The notes: generated by a model from the letters alone, not told the origin. 63,945 nt of DNA, filler included, from Octopus bimaculoides (GCF_001194135.2; 4 parts of 4 records of this genome joined end to end with filler, not necessarily neighbours in it); one strand, 5' to 3'; shown: positions 48,752 to 63,399, numbered from the whole stretch's first letter. A program made the numbers and translations.

Positions 48752-49089
48752 ATGTTGTTTAGCCCAAAGTTAGTTCTGATAACCGAGGTCAGTTTTAATC
48801 AAAATAGATCTACAATCAAAAGATAAGCCAGTTATGACTCCTTTACTCTTTTTTTTCAGATACAGTGCGTCTAGGTAGGATCACATTATCCAAAGCATCC
48901 TTTGTTTTTCTATTAAATAAAAGGTTAAGATTTGAGGAATATTTGTCAGATCAACCAAATGGTTTATGAAGAACCATGTATTTGAGACAGATACTAATAG
49001 TTCCCTGTGAGTGAGAGCTCAGAAGTTCAACTCAACACATAATCAGGAACTGAGGCAACTCAATATATAGTTGACTCATTTTTTTTTTT

Positions 49090-49500
49090 TCCTACTGGTT
49101 CTGCCTGTCCTCCTCCACGGTGCTGAGACCTGGACTATCCTCAACCAGGACCTGAACAAGTTCAAGGTGTTCCAAACGCAGAGTCCTCATCAGATCCTTA
49201 GTATCTCTCTCTCTCTACATGACCGAATCTCAAACAACAACATCCGAGAACAATGCCAACAGCAGCCAACCGTTGAAGACCAAGTTTGGCAGTGCAGGCT
49301 ACAGTGGTTTGACCATGTCTGCAGGACGATCAATGCAAGACTACCACACCAACTTTTATGGCAGCAACAATCCATGCACTGGAGAATCCAGCACAGCAAA
49401 CAAAGAAGACATGGGTGAAACAAACTGAGGAAGACCTGAAGTCACTGCACCTCAACCTCAAACATGCTAAGGCTAATGCCATGGACTGGAAAGCATAGAA
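49090..49500 (+). mobile_element. RTE-clade LINE C-terminal fragment
   Basis: VLPVLLHGAETWT..HQILSIS..DRISNNNI..RLQWFDHVCR..LPHQLL..KTWVKQTEEDLKSL. Confidence 0.85.
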
Positions 49501-50084
49501 TAATATCATCACCACAATCTGTTATCCAGTCGCATGCACAGTAGTGTATTGGTTGAGACGACAGCCTCCCCTTCCGGTCACCAGCTAGGGATTATACTTA
49601 CTTAAGATGGAGACTCAACATGGTAGCTGAACCTGCTAGAGAAAACAGCCAAATCTCAAACCACACCCTTTAATGTCTTCGATCACAGGCATCTTACCCT
49701 GAGCCAATCTGGAACTAAACAACAACAACACAACCACAACAACAAGCTAAAGTCAAGTAAACAAGAAAGCACCTATATGATCAGTTGACCTGCTAAAAAC
49801 AGTAAGTAAATATCTCACAAATCACACCATAATGTCTCAAAAAATGGAATGAGACATACAGAAGTGTAGTCCTTGATGCACCACATCCAAATAAAAGATA
49901 GGATGGTCACAGCTGGAATACATTTTATTATAGGTCTTCTTCATCGAGACACATTTAGCAACAAAACAAAACTAAAAATAAAAACTGCACATGTCAAAAG
50001 ACATAGAGCTGTGTTCAATATGCACTGAAGGCAGCATACAATAAAAATAAAATTACTGATGAATCATAATAATAATAATGATTT

Positions 50085-50290
50085 CAAATTTTAGCACAGG
50101 ACCAGCAAGCTCAGGTGAGAGTTAAGTCGATTACATCAACCCCAGTGTTTCACTGGTACTTCTTTTATCAACCCTTAAAGGATGAAAGGTAAAGCTGACC
50201 TCAGTGGAATTTGAACTCAGAACATAAAATCAGACAAAATGCCACTAAGTATTTTGCCTGGCATGTTAACGTTTCTGCCAGCTTGCTGTC
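50085..50290 (-). mobile_element. SINE family A (similar minus copies near 51470-51695, 55795-55950, 56520-56650)
   Basis: AAAGGATGAAAGG..GGAATTTGAACTCAGAAC..GTTAACGTTTCTGCCAGCTTGC. Confidence 0.75.
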
Positions 50291-50409
50291 TTAAGAACAA
50301 CAATGGTAATACTAATAATAATGATTTCTTAGGCACAAGACCAGAATTTTGTGAGACTGCACCATGGGGTAGAGAGTATCTCCCATCCCAAAACTTTTAG
50401 AAAAAAGAA

Positions 50410-50449
<40 letters not shown>

Positions 50450-52783
50450 AGGAAGATGAAGCTTCCGTAAATGGTGCAAGAAAAGGAAGAGGTTTTGTAG
50501 AATATTTTAAGACGGGAGTTGGGTGAAATATTTAAAAAAAGGAAATATTTAGCCACCCATCACTACCCTCCAGGTTCATCCCCACTACTTGCCATCACCG
50601 AAAAGCACTTATATGAAGAAGGGGCTATTTTAAATGCCATTTCAGTTACACAACACATCAATAATAGTAGGCAAAATCAGCTATGGTTGTGTTGTATCCT
50701 TAAGAAATGATCCTCAAAAGCATTATCACCATCTTGTTGTTGTTGTTGCTGTTGTTGTCATCACCAGGGACGGTGAAACAACAGATGTATTTTGTTTAGT
50801 TGGTTGCATTAGATTTCTGTGCTTTTTTTTTTTTTTTCATTGTGAATTTGTTTCATCTCCTCATCTGACAAAGAAATTGTTAAACTGTCAGTGTTATCAT
50901 CATCATCATCACCATCAACATTGCTTTTGTTATTGCCATCATAACCCCAATCACTATCCACATCATTCTCTCATCAATCATCCACAACAGTCATCCACAT
51001 CATCAATACAACCACCAACATCACATCCACTATTGCCATCATCATCACCATCATCATTATTATAACTAACCATCAGTACTGTCTTCATTAGCAAAACTAC
51101 AATCATCACTATAGTCATCATCACCATCATTAACAACAGGTTTTTATGTAGGTTAAGTTACTTTCCTTTTTCTTTCTTTCTTCTTACCCACTGTCCCCTC
51201 ACAAACTATGATGAAGTGGGTTGAACAGGTTTGCAATTGAGTGTTCCAGTATTACCTTAACTATGGTAGCTAAAACAAATTCAACAACTAAAGCCCCAAA
51301 CCTTGTCAACTTTATTCACAGCCTTCCATCACATTTCTTAATCCTACAACGAGTACCCTACCCAAAACATCAAAACTATGTCTTTTACACCACATAAACT
51401 TAAAACAACTTCAAGAACATTCTACACATGCAGGCAGCGTGAATGTGAGGCTGAGTGTGAGTGGATATCTATTGGTTTCAAACTTTTAGCATGGGGCCTG
51501 CAATGTTGAGGATGGGGGAGAGGGCAGGTCAATTACATTGGCTCCCAGTATGCAACTGGTATTTCTTTTATCAACCTTGAAAGGATGAAAGACAAAGTCA
51601 ACCTCAGAAGAATTTGAACTCAGGACATAAAGACTGACAAAATGCTGCAAAGCATTTGGCCAAGCATGCTAACAGTTGTGCCAGCTCACTGCCTCATAGG
51701 TGTATATTTATTAAACATACAAATGTGAGCCTATTCACAACACACACACATATTCCACCCTCAATAAACACAGTCTAAAGAATATGTAATTGACAAAAGA
51801 AGAGGAAGTATGTTAATTATTAACTGTCAATTACTTAAAATACAATATACAAAAAATGTTAGAATAAATTTTTTAAAATATCTTAATGAATATATAAAAG
51901 AAATAAAAAAAACATACTGCAATATGCTGTGTTTGCCGACTTCACCTCTACTTGACTAGAAAGACATGGCTATCCCATCNNNNNNNNNNNNNNNNNNNNN
52001 NNNNNNNNNNNNNNNNNNNNNNNNNNNNNNNNNNNNNNNNNNNNNNNNNNNNNNNNNNNNNNNNNNNNNNNNNNNNNNNNNNNNNNNNNNNNNNNNNNNN
52101 NNNNNNNNNNNNNNNNNNNNNNNNNNNNNNNNNNNNNNNNNNNNNNNNNNNNNNNNNNNNNNNNNNNNNNNNNNNNNNNNNNNNNNNNNNNNNNNNNNNN
52201 NNNNNNNNNNNNNNNNNNNNNNNNNNNNNNNNNNNNNNNNNNNNNNNNNNNNNNNNNNNNNNNNNNNNNNNNNNNNNNNNNNNNNNNNNNNNNNNNNNNN
52301 NNNNNNNNNNNNNNNNNNNNNNNNNNNNNNNNNNNNNNNNNNNNNNNNNNNNNNNNNNNATATATATATATATATATACACCTAGACTAGATACATAGAA
52401 TACCAAAATTCCTGTGGTGCTTTCTTTTAAGTTTAAATAATTTATCTGGCCCACTCATCACTCACCATAACATACCACATAGACACACACACACACACAA
52501 ACACACACTTAAACAGCATATCCAGTTACACAACACATACACACAACCTGTGCAACACACAGGAGCCAATAGAGACATGCTGGAAATAGCAGCCAATTCT
52601 CAGTGTAAAATATCACACACCCTACCATAAAGGAAAGGACACATTATACAATGTAACTGTAAATAGATGTGGTGGTCACTGTTGGAGCACTTTTGTTCAT
52701 AGATCTGCCTACTCAATTAAAACTAACATGGAGCTAAACTATACACACATACACAACTCATATTATATACACACATAACTCGA

Positions 52784-52828
<45 letters not shown>

Positions 52829-54729
52829 ATCTCCATTGATTTCAATGATGAGTACTCAATCAAGAGAACTGCTCATTAAATTTGTATGTTAGTGGCTGAG
52901 TAACCCACAGACATGTGATACAAGGTGTGACAAGGCTAAGCGTTTGACTTGCAGCTACAATCCCTCCAATGAACTTCCTCAGTACATTTTCCTGTCAACC
53001 CACCCTCACTCAAAAGATTGAGGTTGACCAGGGGCTATGATACATGACACTTGACCAAAGATGTCAGACAGTGGGACCGAACTCGGGGCCTCAAGGTTGC
53101 AAAGCAAACTACTTGACCATTTAGCTATGCTATATCCACACAGCTACACATAACTTACACATACACACAGCACAACACAACACACACATTACACACACCA
53201 CATCACACATATATACAAGACCACACTCACATGCACATCCACCACCATTCTTTGAGTTTTGATTTCTTCTTTATTTACTCATTGATCCCCTACTCCCACC
53301 CACCCCCACACACATGCACCAGTCTTGTTGTTCTCACTATTATTCGCTGTTGCTGTTGTTGCTGTTGTTGCTGTTGTTGTTGNNNNNNNNNNNNNNNNNN
53401 NNNNNNNNNNNNNNNNNNNNNNNNNNNNNNNNNNNNNNNNNNNNNNNNNNNNNNNNNNNNNNNNNNNNNNNNNNNNNNNNNNNNNNNNNNNNNNNNNNNN
53501 NNNNNNNNNNNNNNNNNNNNNNNNNNNNNNNNNNNNNNNNNNNNNNNNNNNNNNNNNNNNNNNNNNNNNNNNNNNNNNNNNNNNNNNNNNNNNNNNNNNN
53601 NNNNNNNNNNNNNNNNNNNNNNNNNNNNNNNNNNNNNNNNNNNNNNNNNNNNNNNNNNNNNNNNNNNNNNNNNNNNNNNNNNNNNNNNNNNNNNNNNNNN
53701 NNNNNNNNNNNNNNNNNNNNNNNNNNNNNNNNNNNNNNNNNNNNNNNNNNNNNNNNNNNNNNNNNNNNNNNNNNNNNNNNNNNNNNNNNNNNNNNNNNNN
53801 NNNNNNNNNNNNNNNNNNNNNNNNNNNNNNNNNNNNNNNNNNNNNNNNNNNNNNNNNNNNNNNNNNNNNNNNNNNNNNNNNNNNNNNNNNNNNNNNNNNN
53901 NNNNNNNNNNNNNNNNNNNNNNNNNNNNNNNNNNNNNNNNNNNNNNNNNNNNNNNNNNNNNNNNNNNNNNNNNNNNNNNNNNNNNNNNNNNNNNNNNNNN
54001 NNNNNNNNNNNNNNNNNNNNNNNNNNNNNNNNNNNNNNNNNNNNNNNNNNNNNNNNNNNNNNNNNNNNNNNNNNNNNNNNNNNNNNNNNNNNNNNNNNNN
54101 NNNNNNNNNNNNNNNNNNNNNNNNNNNNNNNNNNNNNNNNNNNNNNNNNNNNNNNNNNNNNNNNNNNNNNNNNNNNNNNNNNNNNNNNNNNNNNNNNNNN
54201 NNNNNNNNNNNNNNNNNNNNNNNNNNNNNNNNNNNNNNNNNNNNNNNNNNNNNNNNNNNNNNNNNNNNNNNNNNNNNNNNNNNNNNNNNNNNNNNNNNNN
54301 NNNNNNNNNNNNNNNNNNNNNNTACTCCAGATTGATAGCGATATTTTTGATACACACAGAACAAAAAGTAATAATTTGTAGTTTTGAAATCAGTAGTTCT
54401 TTGACTGCTATTTCTGAATTCTCAGTATGTTGGAGAAGCAGGTTACTGTCAATCCCTATATATTTATGATTATATATATATTTATATATATATACATATA
54501 TATATATATTTATATATATATATATACATATATACATATATATATATATTTATATACACACACACATATATACACACATATATACACAAACACACGCATG
54601 CACGCATGCATACACATACACATACAGACACTTTTACAATATTTATGCAATATAGCCAAGAAGGAAAAAAAAAAAAAACAAAGAACACAGAATGATTTGG
54701 TCAAAGTACAGACTTGCTCCCTCAATCCC

Positions 54730-55205
54730 TCACTCCCCTGAGGAGTTGGCAATGGTATAGTCCTGACTCCTTGGCCGCTTACTGGGTGGTGGCTGGTAGC
54801 AATAGTTGCTGTTGTTGCTGACGATGCTGCTGCTGTTACTGTTATTGCTGTTGTTACTGTTTAAGGTAGCTCCAAGTCGGAAAGGCACCGGCGGCATACT
54901 CATGCCACCCCAGCCCTTCAGTGATGCAAAATCTCCCACACTGGAGCCGCCATAGTCCGGCAAGGGGCCGCTGCCACTGCCAATGCCGCTGTTGTTGGTG
55001 GTGCTGCTGCTGCTGCTGCTGCCTCCCCCTGTTCCTCCTCCACTGCCGCTGACGAATGAAGACGACAACGACGACGACAACATACTCCCATTAAAGAGGC
55101 TAGCCCCGCCAGGACCACCTCCTGCGCTGAAACTGCTGAGGAGGAAACTACCTCGACCTTGGCCACGACCTTGGAAACGGCTGCCTTGTAAACCTCTCGT
55201 TCCCC
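54730..55205 (-). CDS. Probable terminal coding exon of an unidentified host gene: RG/G/S/N-rich low-complexity tail with basic motif
   Basis: Acceptor TTTATATATTTGCAG ending 55206; 476-nt GC-rich open frame GTRGLQGSRFQGRGQGRGSF..YCYQPPPSKRPRSQDYTIANSSGE then TGA 54732-54730; in-frame triplet repeats; composition differs sharply from flanks. Confidence 0.75.
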
Positions 55206-55978
55206 CTGCAAATATATAAATAAAATACTAAATATAATACTAAAATAATTATTCGAAAGTCATAGCAAGCTTATTACATACAAAGCAGACATATGTTAGT
55301 CATAAAACTTGAGCTGGTATCAAATTGATCAACACTAAAAAATTAAAAAATTCTACTTTCAAAGTGATACAGAAATGTTCTGAAACAGCTATCACATAAT
55401 ATCTCATTGATAAAAGACATTTCATATACATAGACACATACACTGAAACAGCTGTAACTACAGAATAACAGAAATTAAAGATAACACCATATATTCCAGT
55501 TTTAGATTCAATATATACATACTTCAACTTGTATAAAAAATTTTCTCTTTAAAGATAAAACACCTGCTTCATACTACTGATAGCCAGAATACGCAGATGT
55601 GCTTTACGAGGATTCGCCATGATAGATCGTTAGCCACTAAACCTTTTTCTATTTTCTTTCCCTGTTTATTTATTGGGATTTATATCATAGATTCCAAGCA
55701 TGGCTTCAAAGTTTAAAACAATAATGACGATAATAATAATAATAATAGTAATAATAATAGAATAGACAATGCATCAGAAAGTTAATAATAATAATCTTTA
55801 ATTTAGGCACAAGACCAGTAATTTTTGAGGGAAGGGGTTAGTTAATACTATGAGCCCCAGTAGTAGACCAATACCCTATTTTATCAATTGTGGAAGTCTT
55901 GGCAGGATTTGAACTCAGAATGTAAAGAGCTACAATAAATGCTGCAAGGCATTTTTTCCAATATTTTTNNNNNNNNNN

Positions 55979-56034
<56 letters not shown>

Positions 56035-56194
56035 ATGTGTACCATATGCAAATACACACACACACACACACTTACTGAATCATTGACAATAACATTGCAA
56101 ACATCAGTATTGGCAAACAAAGAGAAAACAAATCCTACTAGAAAAGTTTATCATTTAAAAAAAAAAAAAAAAAAAAGCAGACGATGAACATCAC

Positions 56195-56254
56195 CAGGAA
56201 ATGGAAGTATGTGCAAGTTTAGCATTCTGTTGTCTGGATTCAGATATTTCTCTT
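56195..56254 (-). CDS. Candidate 60-nt internal exon of the same gene (EKYLNPDNRMLNLHILPFPG)
   Basis: Strong pyrimidine tract ending CCTGCAG; open frame; phase-1 end matches phase-1 start of the 55205 exon; donor G|GTGATG is weak. Confidence 0.45.
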
Positions 56255-57367
56255 CTGCAGGCATGAAAAGTACAATATAAAGAAAAGTTTAAAACAATAG
56301 ACACCTCCATGCTGGTTGAAATATCTGATTGAAATAATGGCCAAATTCAGGAGAATCTCCAATAATTATGGAAACAGGATACGAAACATGAAGATAAATC
56401 CACAAAATTGTGGTGAAGACAATATTGGAAACAAACAATAGAGAAAACTCTATGATGCAAAGTAAACTATAATGGATAAATATGGAAAATGAAGATGATT
56501 CAAAGAAAAGCCTGGAAACATATTCTTTTCTACTCTAAGCACAAGGCCCAAAATTTTGGGGGAGGGGAGGCAGTTGATTAGATCGATCTCAGTACACAAC
56601 TGGTACTTAATTTATCGACCCTGAATGGATGAAAGGCAAAATAGACTGATAGAATAAGTAACAGGCTTAAAAAATAAGTCCTGGGGTCAATTCATTCTTC
56701 TAAAAATTCAAGGCGATGGCCATAGTCTCATGGCTGAAACATGTAAAAGATAAAAGATATAAATATATACTCAAACATACATAATATTTATATATATATA
56801 TAATATGCACATACATGATATATATAATTTTTTTCTACTCTAGGCACAAGGCCCGAAAATTTTTGGGAGGGAGCCAGTCAATTAGATCGCCCCCCNNNNN
56901 NNNNNNNNNNNNNNNNNNNNNNNNNNNNNNNNNNNNNNNNNNNNNNNNNNNNNNNNNNNNNNNNNNNNNNNNNNNNNNNNNNNNNNNNNNNNNNNNNNNN
57001 NNNNTATATATATATATTATATATACATACACATACACACATATATACATTCATTTTATAAATATTTCATACACACACATAGACATATATAAATACACAC
57101 ATATACATTAAGGAATTAAAAAAGCCTTACACACATGCACACGCACACACGCACACACACACATACACACACACACACACACAAACAAAATTCCCAACAG
57201 GTTATATTGCAACAGATCTGCTATTAAAAATAAAGGCTAATGGCAAATGAATAGACTCTCACACACCGCCCTACACACAAACACACAAAACTACAAACAG
57301 CCAGGTATGCATTCATTCATGTGTACACAGGGACTACATTAAATTCAAACATGTACGCACATTTATA

Positions 57368-57593
57368 TACATGTGGAGGTGCTGGAAACTACCTGGCTTT
57401 AAGGGTATCACAAAAGGCCTGGTTGGAAGCCCAACATTCCCAGTTCTTTAACAGGGCTGAGAAAAACTGAAGGACTGCTGCAATAGGTGTGTGAATCTGA
57501 GAGGGAAAATATGTTGCATAAATCCATAATTAACTGATCCTCCTGTATTTTCTTTTACCCAAAGCCAGCAAATTTTCAGCACCACCTTGTCTA
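57368..57593 (+). mobile_element. Full-length mariner-derived MITE, ~225 bp
   Basis: TIRs GGTGCTGGAAACTACCTGGCTTT and AAAGCCAGCAAATTTTCAGCACC; body matches 11887-12018. Confidence 0.8.
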
Positions 57594-58919
57594 TGGTAAC
57601 ATCATTTTTACAGCAATATATACATTCCTACTGACGCCCATGTGTATACACACGCACACATAAACAAACATACATGCACATATGCGCACAACTTCATGCT
57701 TGCACCTCAAACCATTAAACATTTAAATACATACACACATATTCATCTTTGATGCACATAGCTACACACACACACATACACATCGACACATACAGGCACA
57801 AATGCTCACACACATACATCGATGCACATATACACAGATATATGCACACGTACACACACATACAGTTGCACATTTGTACAAAACATATGCATAGACAGTG
57901 GATATATATACACACACGTAAGTGCTCACATTCATATGCATACATTTGGAAACAAGCAAACAATAAAATACATACACATGCATGCACACGTGTGCATGCA
58001 TGTATGTGCGTGTGCAACTGTATGTCTCCCTGTTTTAAATTAAATTTCAGTGCGAACCATAAAAAAGAGGATCAGCACTTGCTGTGATGTTTATGCACGT
58101 GCTATTAAACATTTGTGTACACTTATGCATTAAATGCACATCTGCTTTGCATTTTATTTGCACCTGTAAAAAAAACTTCCTCCTCCACCACTGTCACCAA
58201 AAGAGCCCAACATTTTTTTTGTTTCTCTTTTTGTTTGTTTTGCTGCCAAAATCACAAAAAATTGTGGAAAAATCTTGATTTACTGTGAGAAGGTTTTACT
58301 ATACACGTGTGTGTTTGTGTGTGTACAAGTACACACACAAACACACACACACAGAAGCGCAAACACATACAAGTGCACACACACGAGCGTGCGCGCACGC
58401 GCACACACACACACACATATATATGTAGATATACATATACATAGAGATGTATTTTTAATGGTTTAATACAGGATGAAGGGACAGTGCCCCTGACCTTTGT
58501 AGGCCAACTGAGATGATGACTAAGACTGGGAGAGAGCGAGGGGGCGGTGGGGGTTTCAATTTCAACATCTGTTAAATCAATGACATTTGCATAAAAAACT
58601 GGGGGCAGGGTAGGAAATATAAGGGTAGGAGAATAGGGGGTGGCTGGGCAATGAGGCACAGTATAGGTAATGAGAGAAGAGGCGGAGAGAAAGGGAGAGA
58701 CAAAGGAGGAATGCTTGAGGTGGTAGTGATGGTGGTGGTGGATAAGAAGGCATGTGTCTAACTGGTTGGGAATAGAAATCAAAGTAGTGGTTAGGGAACA
58801 CAAATTGAGGAGACAGCACAGCATATATATGGGCCAGAGATCAAAGGGTGTGTGTTGGTGGGAGAGTGACTGCCCCATCAATCAGGTGACCATCACTTAG
58901 ATGTAATTTAAAATGATCT

Positions 58920-58921
58920 GT

Positions 58922-58952
<31 letters not shown>

Positions 58953-59100
58953 TAATAGTAGCAGTGATAGTAGTAGTAGTAGTAGCAGCAGCAGCAGCAG
59001 CGGTGGTGGTAGTAGTAGTAGTAGCAGCAGTGGTGGTGGTGGTGGTGGTGGTGGTGGTGGTAGCTGTGGTGGTAGTAGCAGCAGCAGCAGCAACAGCAAC
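58920..59100. repeat. Compound (GCA)n/(GTA)n/(GTG)n triplet tract
   Basis: Direct inspection. Confidence 0.92.
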
Positions 59101-59115
59101 CTGGGAATAGCTTAC

Positions 59116-59204
59116 ATGCCATTGTGGGGGAACCATCCTTGAGTTCTGAACCATATTTCTAGCCCCTCTAGAGAAAGCTTAGTGATTGGAACACAGCTTT
59201 CGCT
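59116..59204 (-). CDS. Weak candidate exon (SESCVPITKLSLEGLEIWFRTQGWFPHNG); alternative acceptor gives start 59167
   Basis: Good donor AT|GTAAGC; open frame; acceptors weak; phase-2 end does not join 56254 directly. Confidence 0.25.
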
Positions 59205-59231
59205 CTATGTTATTGTTCATGAGATCTCCCA

Positions 59232-59256
59232 GAATAATAATAATAATAATAATAAC

Positions 59257-59309
<53 letters not shown>
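59232..59309. repeat. (AAT)n microsatellite
   Basis: Direct inspection. Confidence 0.97.
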
Positions 59310-59311
<2 letters not shown>

Positions 59312-60209
59312 GGCTTAAGGAGAGTGTGAGACCCAACATTAAGGATCTCAAATGCATATTATTCAAGACTAAGGATGATAAAAATACCAATTGGTTTCCA
59401 AGATGAGCAGCGATTGAAGAGTACAAGATTGTTATGGTTATGATTGGAGAATATTTTTATGGTCACAGTTTCATAGAAGCTGAGGCTTGTATGATGTGAG
59501 GTATCTAGGTTATCTTTACATAAATCTTTTACTTGTTTCTGTCTAATGAGTATTAGAGTGTGGCCTTGCTGGGGCACCACCTTGGAGAATTTTTACTTGA
59601 ATGAATCTACCCTAGGACTTACATTTTTTTTTTTAAGCCTGGTACTTATTCTGTCGGTTTCTATGGCCAAACCACCAAGCTATGGGGACATAAACACACC
59701 AACACCAGTTCTCAAGTGGTGGTGGAGGTCAAACACAAACACACACGCATGTGTGTGCATACAGTAATCCCTAACCATATTGCGGTTCACATATTGCAGT
59801 TTATTATTTAAGCTTATCTCAGTTCCTCCATGGTGTTGTTTTTCATTTATAATAAAATAAATTCTTTTACTCTTTTACTTGTTTCAGTCATTTGACTGCT
59901 TCCTAACCACATGGTTCAGGGTTCAGCCATGCCTGCACCCCCCCCCACTCCACACACACAGAGATTTCTACACAGTTTCCCTTTACCAAATTCACTCACA
60001 AGGCATTGGACAGCCTGTAGCTATACTAAAAGACATTTGCCCAAAGTGCTACACATGGGACTAAACCTGGAACAATGTGACTGGAAAACAAATTTCTGAA
60101 CCACACAGCTATGCCAACACCTATATTTCTGTGGCTCCATCTATTGGTACAACTATACAATTAGCCAATCAACTCTCGATAAATCTGCTTACCAACCAAT
60201 TTCCCATCC

Positions 60210-60585
60210 TATCTTTTACTTGTTTCAGTCATTTGTCTGTGGCCATGTTGGGGCACCTCTTTGAAGAAATTCTCGTCAAACAAATCAACCCCAGTACTTA
60301 TTTTTTTGCTTAAAGCTTGGTTCTTATTCTATCAGTGTCTTTTGCCAAACCACTAAGTTATGGAGACATAAACAGAGAGACACACACCTACACATATATG
60401 AAAGAAAGACTGTCATATACAATGGCTTTCTTTCAGTTTCCGTCTACCAAATCCACTTACAAGGCTTTGGTCAGTCTGAGGCTATAGTAGAAGACATTTG
60501 CCCAAGGTGCCATACAGTGGGACCGAACTCAGAACCATGTGGTTAAGAAGCAAGCTGCTTGCCACACAGCCATTCCTGCATCTCT
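60210..60585 (-). mobile_element. SINE family B (further minus copies near 59560-59750, 59870-60120, 61960-62372)
   Basis: TTTTACTTGTTTCAGTCATTTG..TTTCAGTTTCCGTCTACCAAATCCAC..CCACACAGCCA. Confidence 0.8.
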
Positions 60586-61194
60586 GTATTTATTTTCCAG
60601 TCCATCTATCTACCTATTTCTTTTTATTTAACCATATATTTCACTCTCTATTCATCTCCATCTATCCACCCACCCATCCAAACAAACAACCAACCCACCA
60701 ATGCACCTTATATTTCTATTACTCCATTAATTTAGCTTCTTACTTCATCTTAACCTCAATTCAATTCAATCAAAGCAAGTTTCAAGTAGGTAGGCAGACA
60801 AGCAAGCACCAACATCAACACAAACCAATCCAAACTAGACCAAATGGAAATCAAAAACAAAAACAAAAGTGAAGCCCCAACTACCACCGTCACCTTCCGA
60901 AACTACAAATAATATCCTTGCTACAGTTCACCATCACACAGCCACAATTGAAGATATTTTTTTTTTGTTATTTTTAAATCAGTATAATCCATTAAAGAAT
61001 TAATTAATACCAATGTAGAAGCAGAAAATATCTAAGAGGTCAGTAACTTGACTTGTCTGACCTCTTAACAAGACAAAACAACCTGAGAAGTTACAAGTCA
61101 CTCTGCTTTCCCCTTACCATTTTTACATTAATAAGATAACAGCTTAAGTATGAAGGAAATTTTAAGACATAAAATCACTTCTTTCTTTACAGAT

Positions 61195-61233
<39 letters not shown>

Positions 61234-61811
61234 CACATGCACAAACATCTATAAACATACACACATACACAAACCTTTATAAAGATGCACAAACACACAC
61301 ATATATATACATACACACACACACACACACACATACATTCGCTCTCAACCATTATCTAATAAATGAAAATTATGAAATTACATTGAACAACCATTATAAA
61401 GCATCATCCCTCACCACTACATAAACTAGTACCACCAATACCACCCACCAATACCATCCACACACAAAAAAAAAAATCCCCTGCTATCCAGCACCACCAG
61501 TCAACAAGCAAACCCTGCCTGCCTTCCATACATCGCCCTAAAGTTAGACACACACACACACATACACAAACACAAACACACACACACATTATATATAATC
61601 ATAAGCCTCTTGTATAAAAGGATTAAGCAACAAAAAAAAAAACAGAAGCAGAGAGATAGAGAAAAACAAAACAAACAAGAACAAAATGGAATTTTCAAAA
61701 ACTAAATCAACAACCAAAACACAATATTTATTAAGAAACAAATGTTGAAGCTTCTAGTTTAATTAACTGGTAAAATATGAAACTGCTGGAAAGACCTGAC
61801 AGGCATAGCAG

Positions 61812-61845
<34 letters not shown>

Positions 61846-62384
61846 GCATGCACGCACGTATGCGCTATGTATACATTGCATACACAGACACCTTTACATA
61901 CGCCTGTGTGTAAACATCTCAAAACACACACACACACACATACACATATATATCTTTTATCTTTTACTTGTTTTAGTCATCAACCTGTGGCTATGCTGGG
62001 GCACCACCTTGAAGAAATTTCAGTCGAATGAATAGACTCCAGCGCTAATTTTATTTTTAAAACCTAGTACTTATTCTATCAGTCTCTTTTTGCCAAACTG
62101 GTAAGTTACAAGGATGTGAACAAACCAACACCAGTTGTCAAGCACTGGTGGTGGTAGGGGGCATCCTCAGACATAAAAATACATGCACACACACACACAC
62201 ACACAAAAACAACAGGTTTCTTTCACTTTCCATCTATGAAATCCATTCACAAGGCTTTGGGCGGTCTGAGGTTACAGTAGAAGACACTTGCCCAAGGCTC
62301 CACTCAGTGGGACTGAACCTGGAACTATGTGGTTGGGAAGCAAACTTCTTACCACACAACCACACCTACACCTAGGACTGCAGT

Positions 62385-62475
62385 TTTGATTCTCAGACTG
62401 AGCGTTGGGTGTGTTTATTGAGTGAAAACACCTAAAGTTCCATGAGGCTCCGGCAGTGGGGGGGGGGGCGTGACC
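62385..62475 (+). mobile_element. SINE family C 5' fragment
   Basis: GTGTTTATTGAGTGAAAACACCTAAAGTTCCATGAGGCTCCGGCAG. Confidence 0.7.
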
Positions 62476-63399
62476 CCTGTTGTACATCAACACAACCAAC
62501 AGTGCAATCAACCAAAAAAAACCATCATATAGTCAAACAAACAAAGGAGGACACATTAGCTAATGCATTCCAATATACCCTTAAAAAGGCTGGAGAGTCA
62601 TGCTTTTGACCATAGGTTCAGTCAATAAAGGCTGACTTGAAGAGTAACAACAACAACAACAGCAATCTCTTCTAGAAGCAGCACAACATCCATGAGATCA
62701 GTCATGTACGATATATATATATATATANNNNNNNNNNNNNNNNNNNNNNNNNNNNNNNNNNNNNNNNNNNNTTAATTAATTAANNNNNNNNNNNNNNNNN
62801 NNNNNNNNNNNNNNNNNNNNNNNNNNNTTTACTTCTCTTCACCCCTACCCTTTCTCTCTCCTCTCTTTCTCCCTCCTCCCATACCCACCTTCCCCTTCCC
62901 CCATCATCATCAACCCTCACTCATAAGCCCATCCCACCCCTACACACTCTTACCTCACCTTCCCATCCCTTACACCCTCTCCTACATACTCTACCTCTAC
63001 CCCCACCCTCTACCTACACACATACCCCCACATACCACCAACCTCTACCTACCCACATACTCCTACCTCCATGTTCAGCCTAACCCACACCCCTCTCATG
63101 CTTTCCCCACCTCCTAACACCTTCACATCACACCAGGCTACACCATATCACAACACACCACAATGCACAAACCAGCATTGACCAATTCCCATCCCCACAT
63201 TTTCACACCTACANNNNNNNNNNCCACAATGCACAAACCAGCATTGACCAATTCCCATCCCCACATTTTCACACCTACATACACACATGCATACATTAAG
63301 ATCACCAGCATTCTCTCACACACACATGCACCTTTGTTTTGGGATCACGACTTCTTTGTTATCTCTCCTCCTTAACTCTCCTGTGTGACCCTTCTGTCC

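Noticed and set aside
54918-55219. Alternative minus-frame ORF (MQGEREVY..) and plus-strand ORF (MPLLLVV..) over the exon
   Set aside because: Shadow frames of a GC-rich triplet-repeat exon; the RG/S/N frame is longest and joins the upstream candidate exon in phase
58252-58881. 209-aa minus ORF containing VIDLT (SUMO-interacting-like motif) and a possible exon near 58497-58598
   Set aside because: Mostly low-complexity and microsatellite sequence; possible splice phases do not join the neighbouring candidate exons
63158-63279. 56-bp direct repeat either side of a 10-N gap
   Set aside because: Typical unmerged contig overlap
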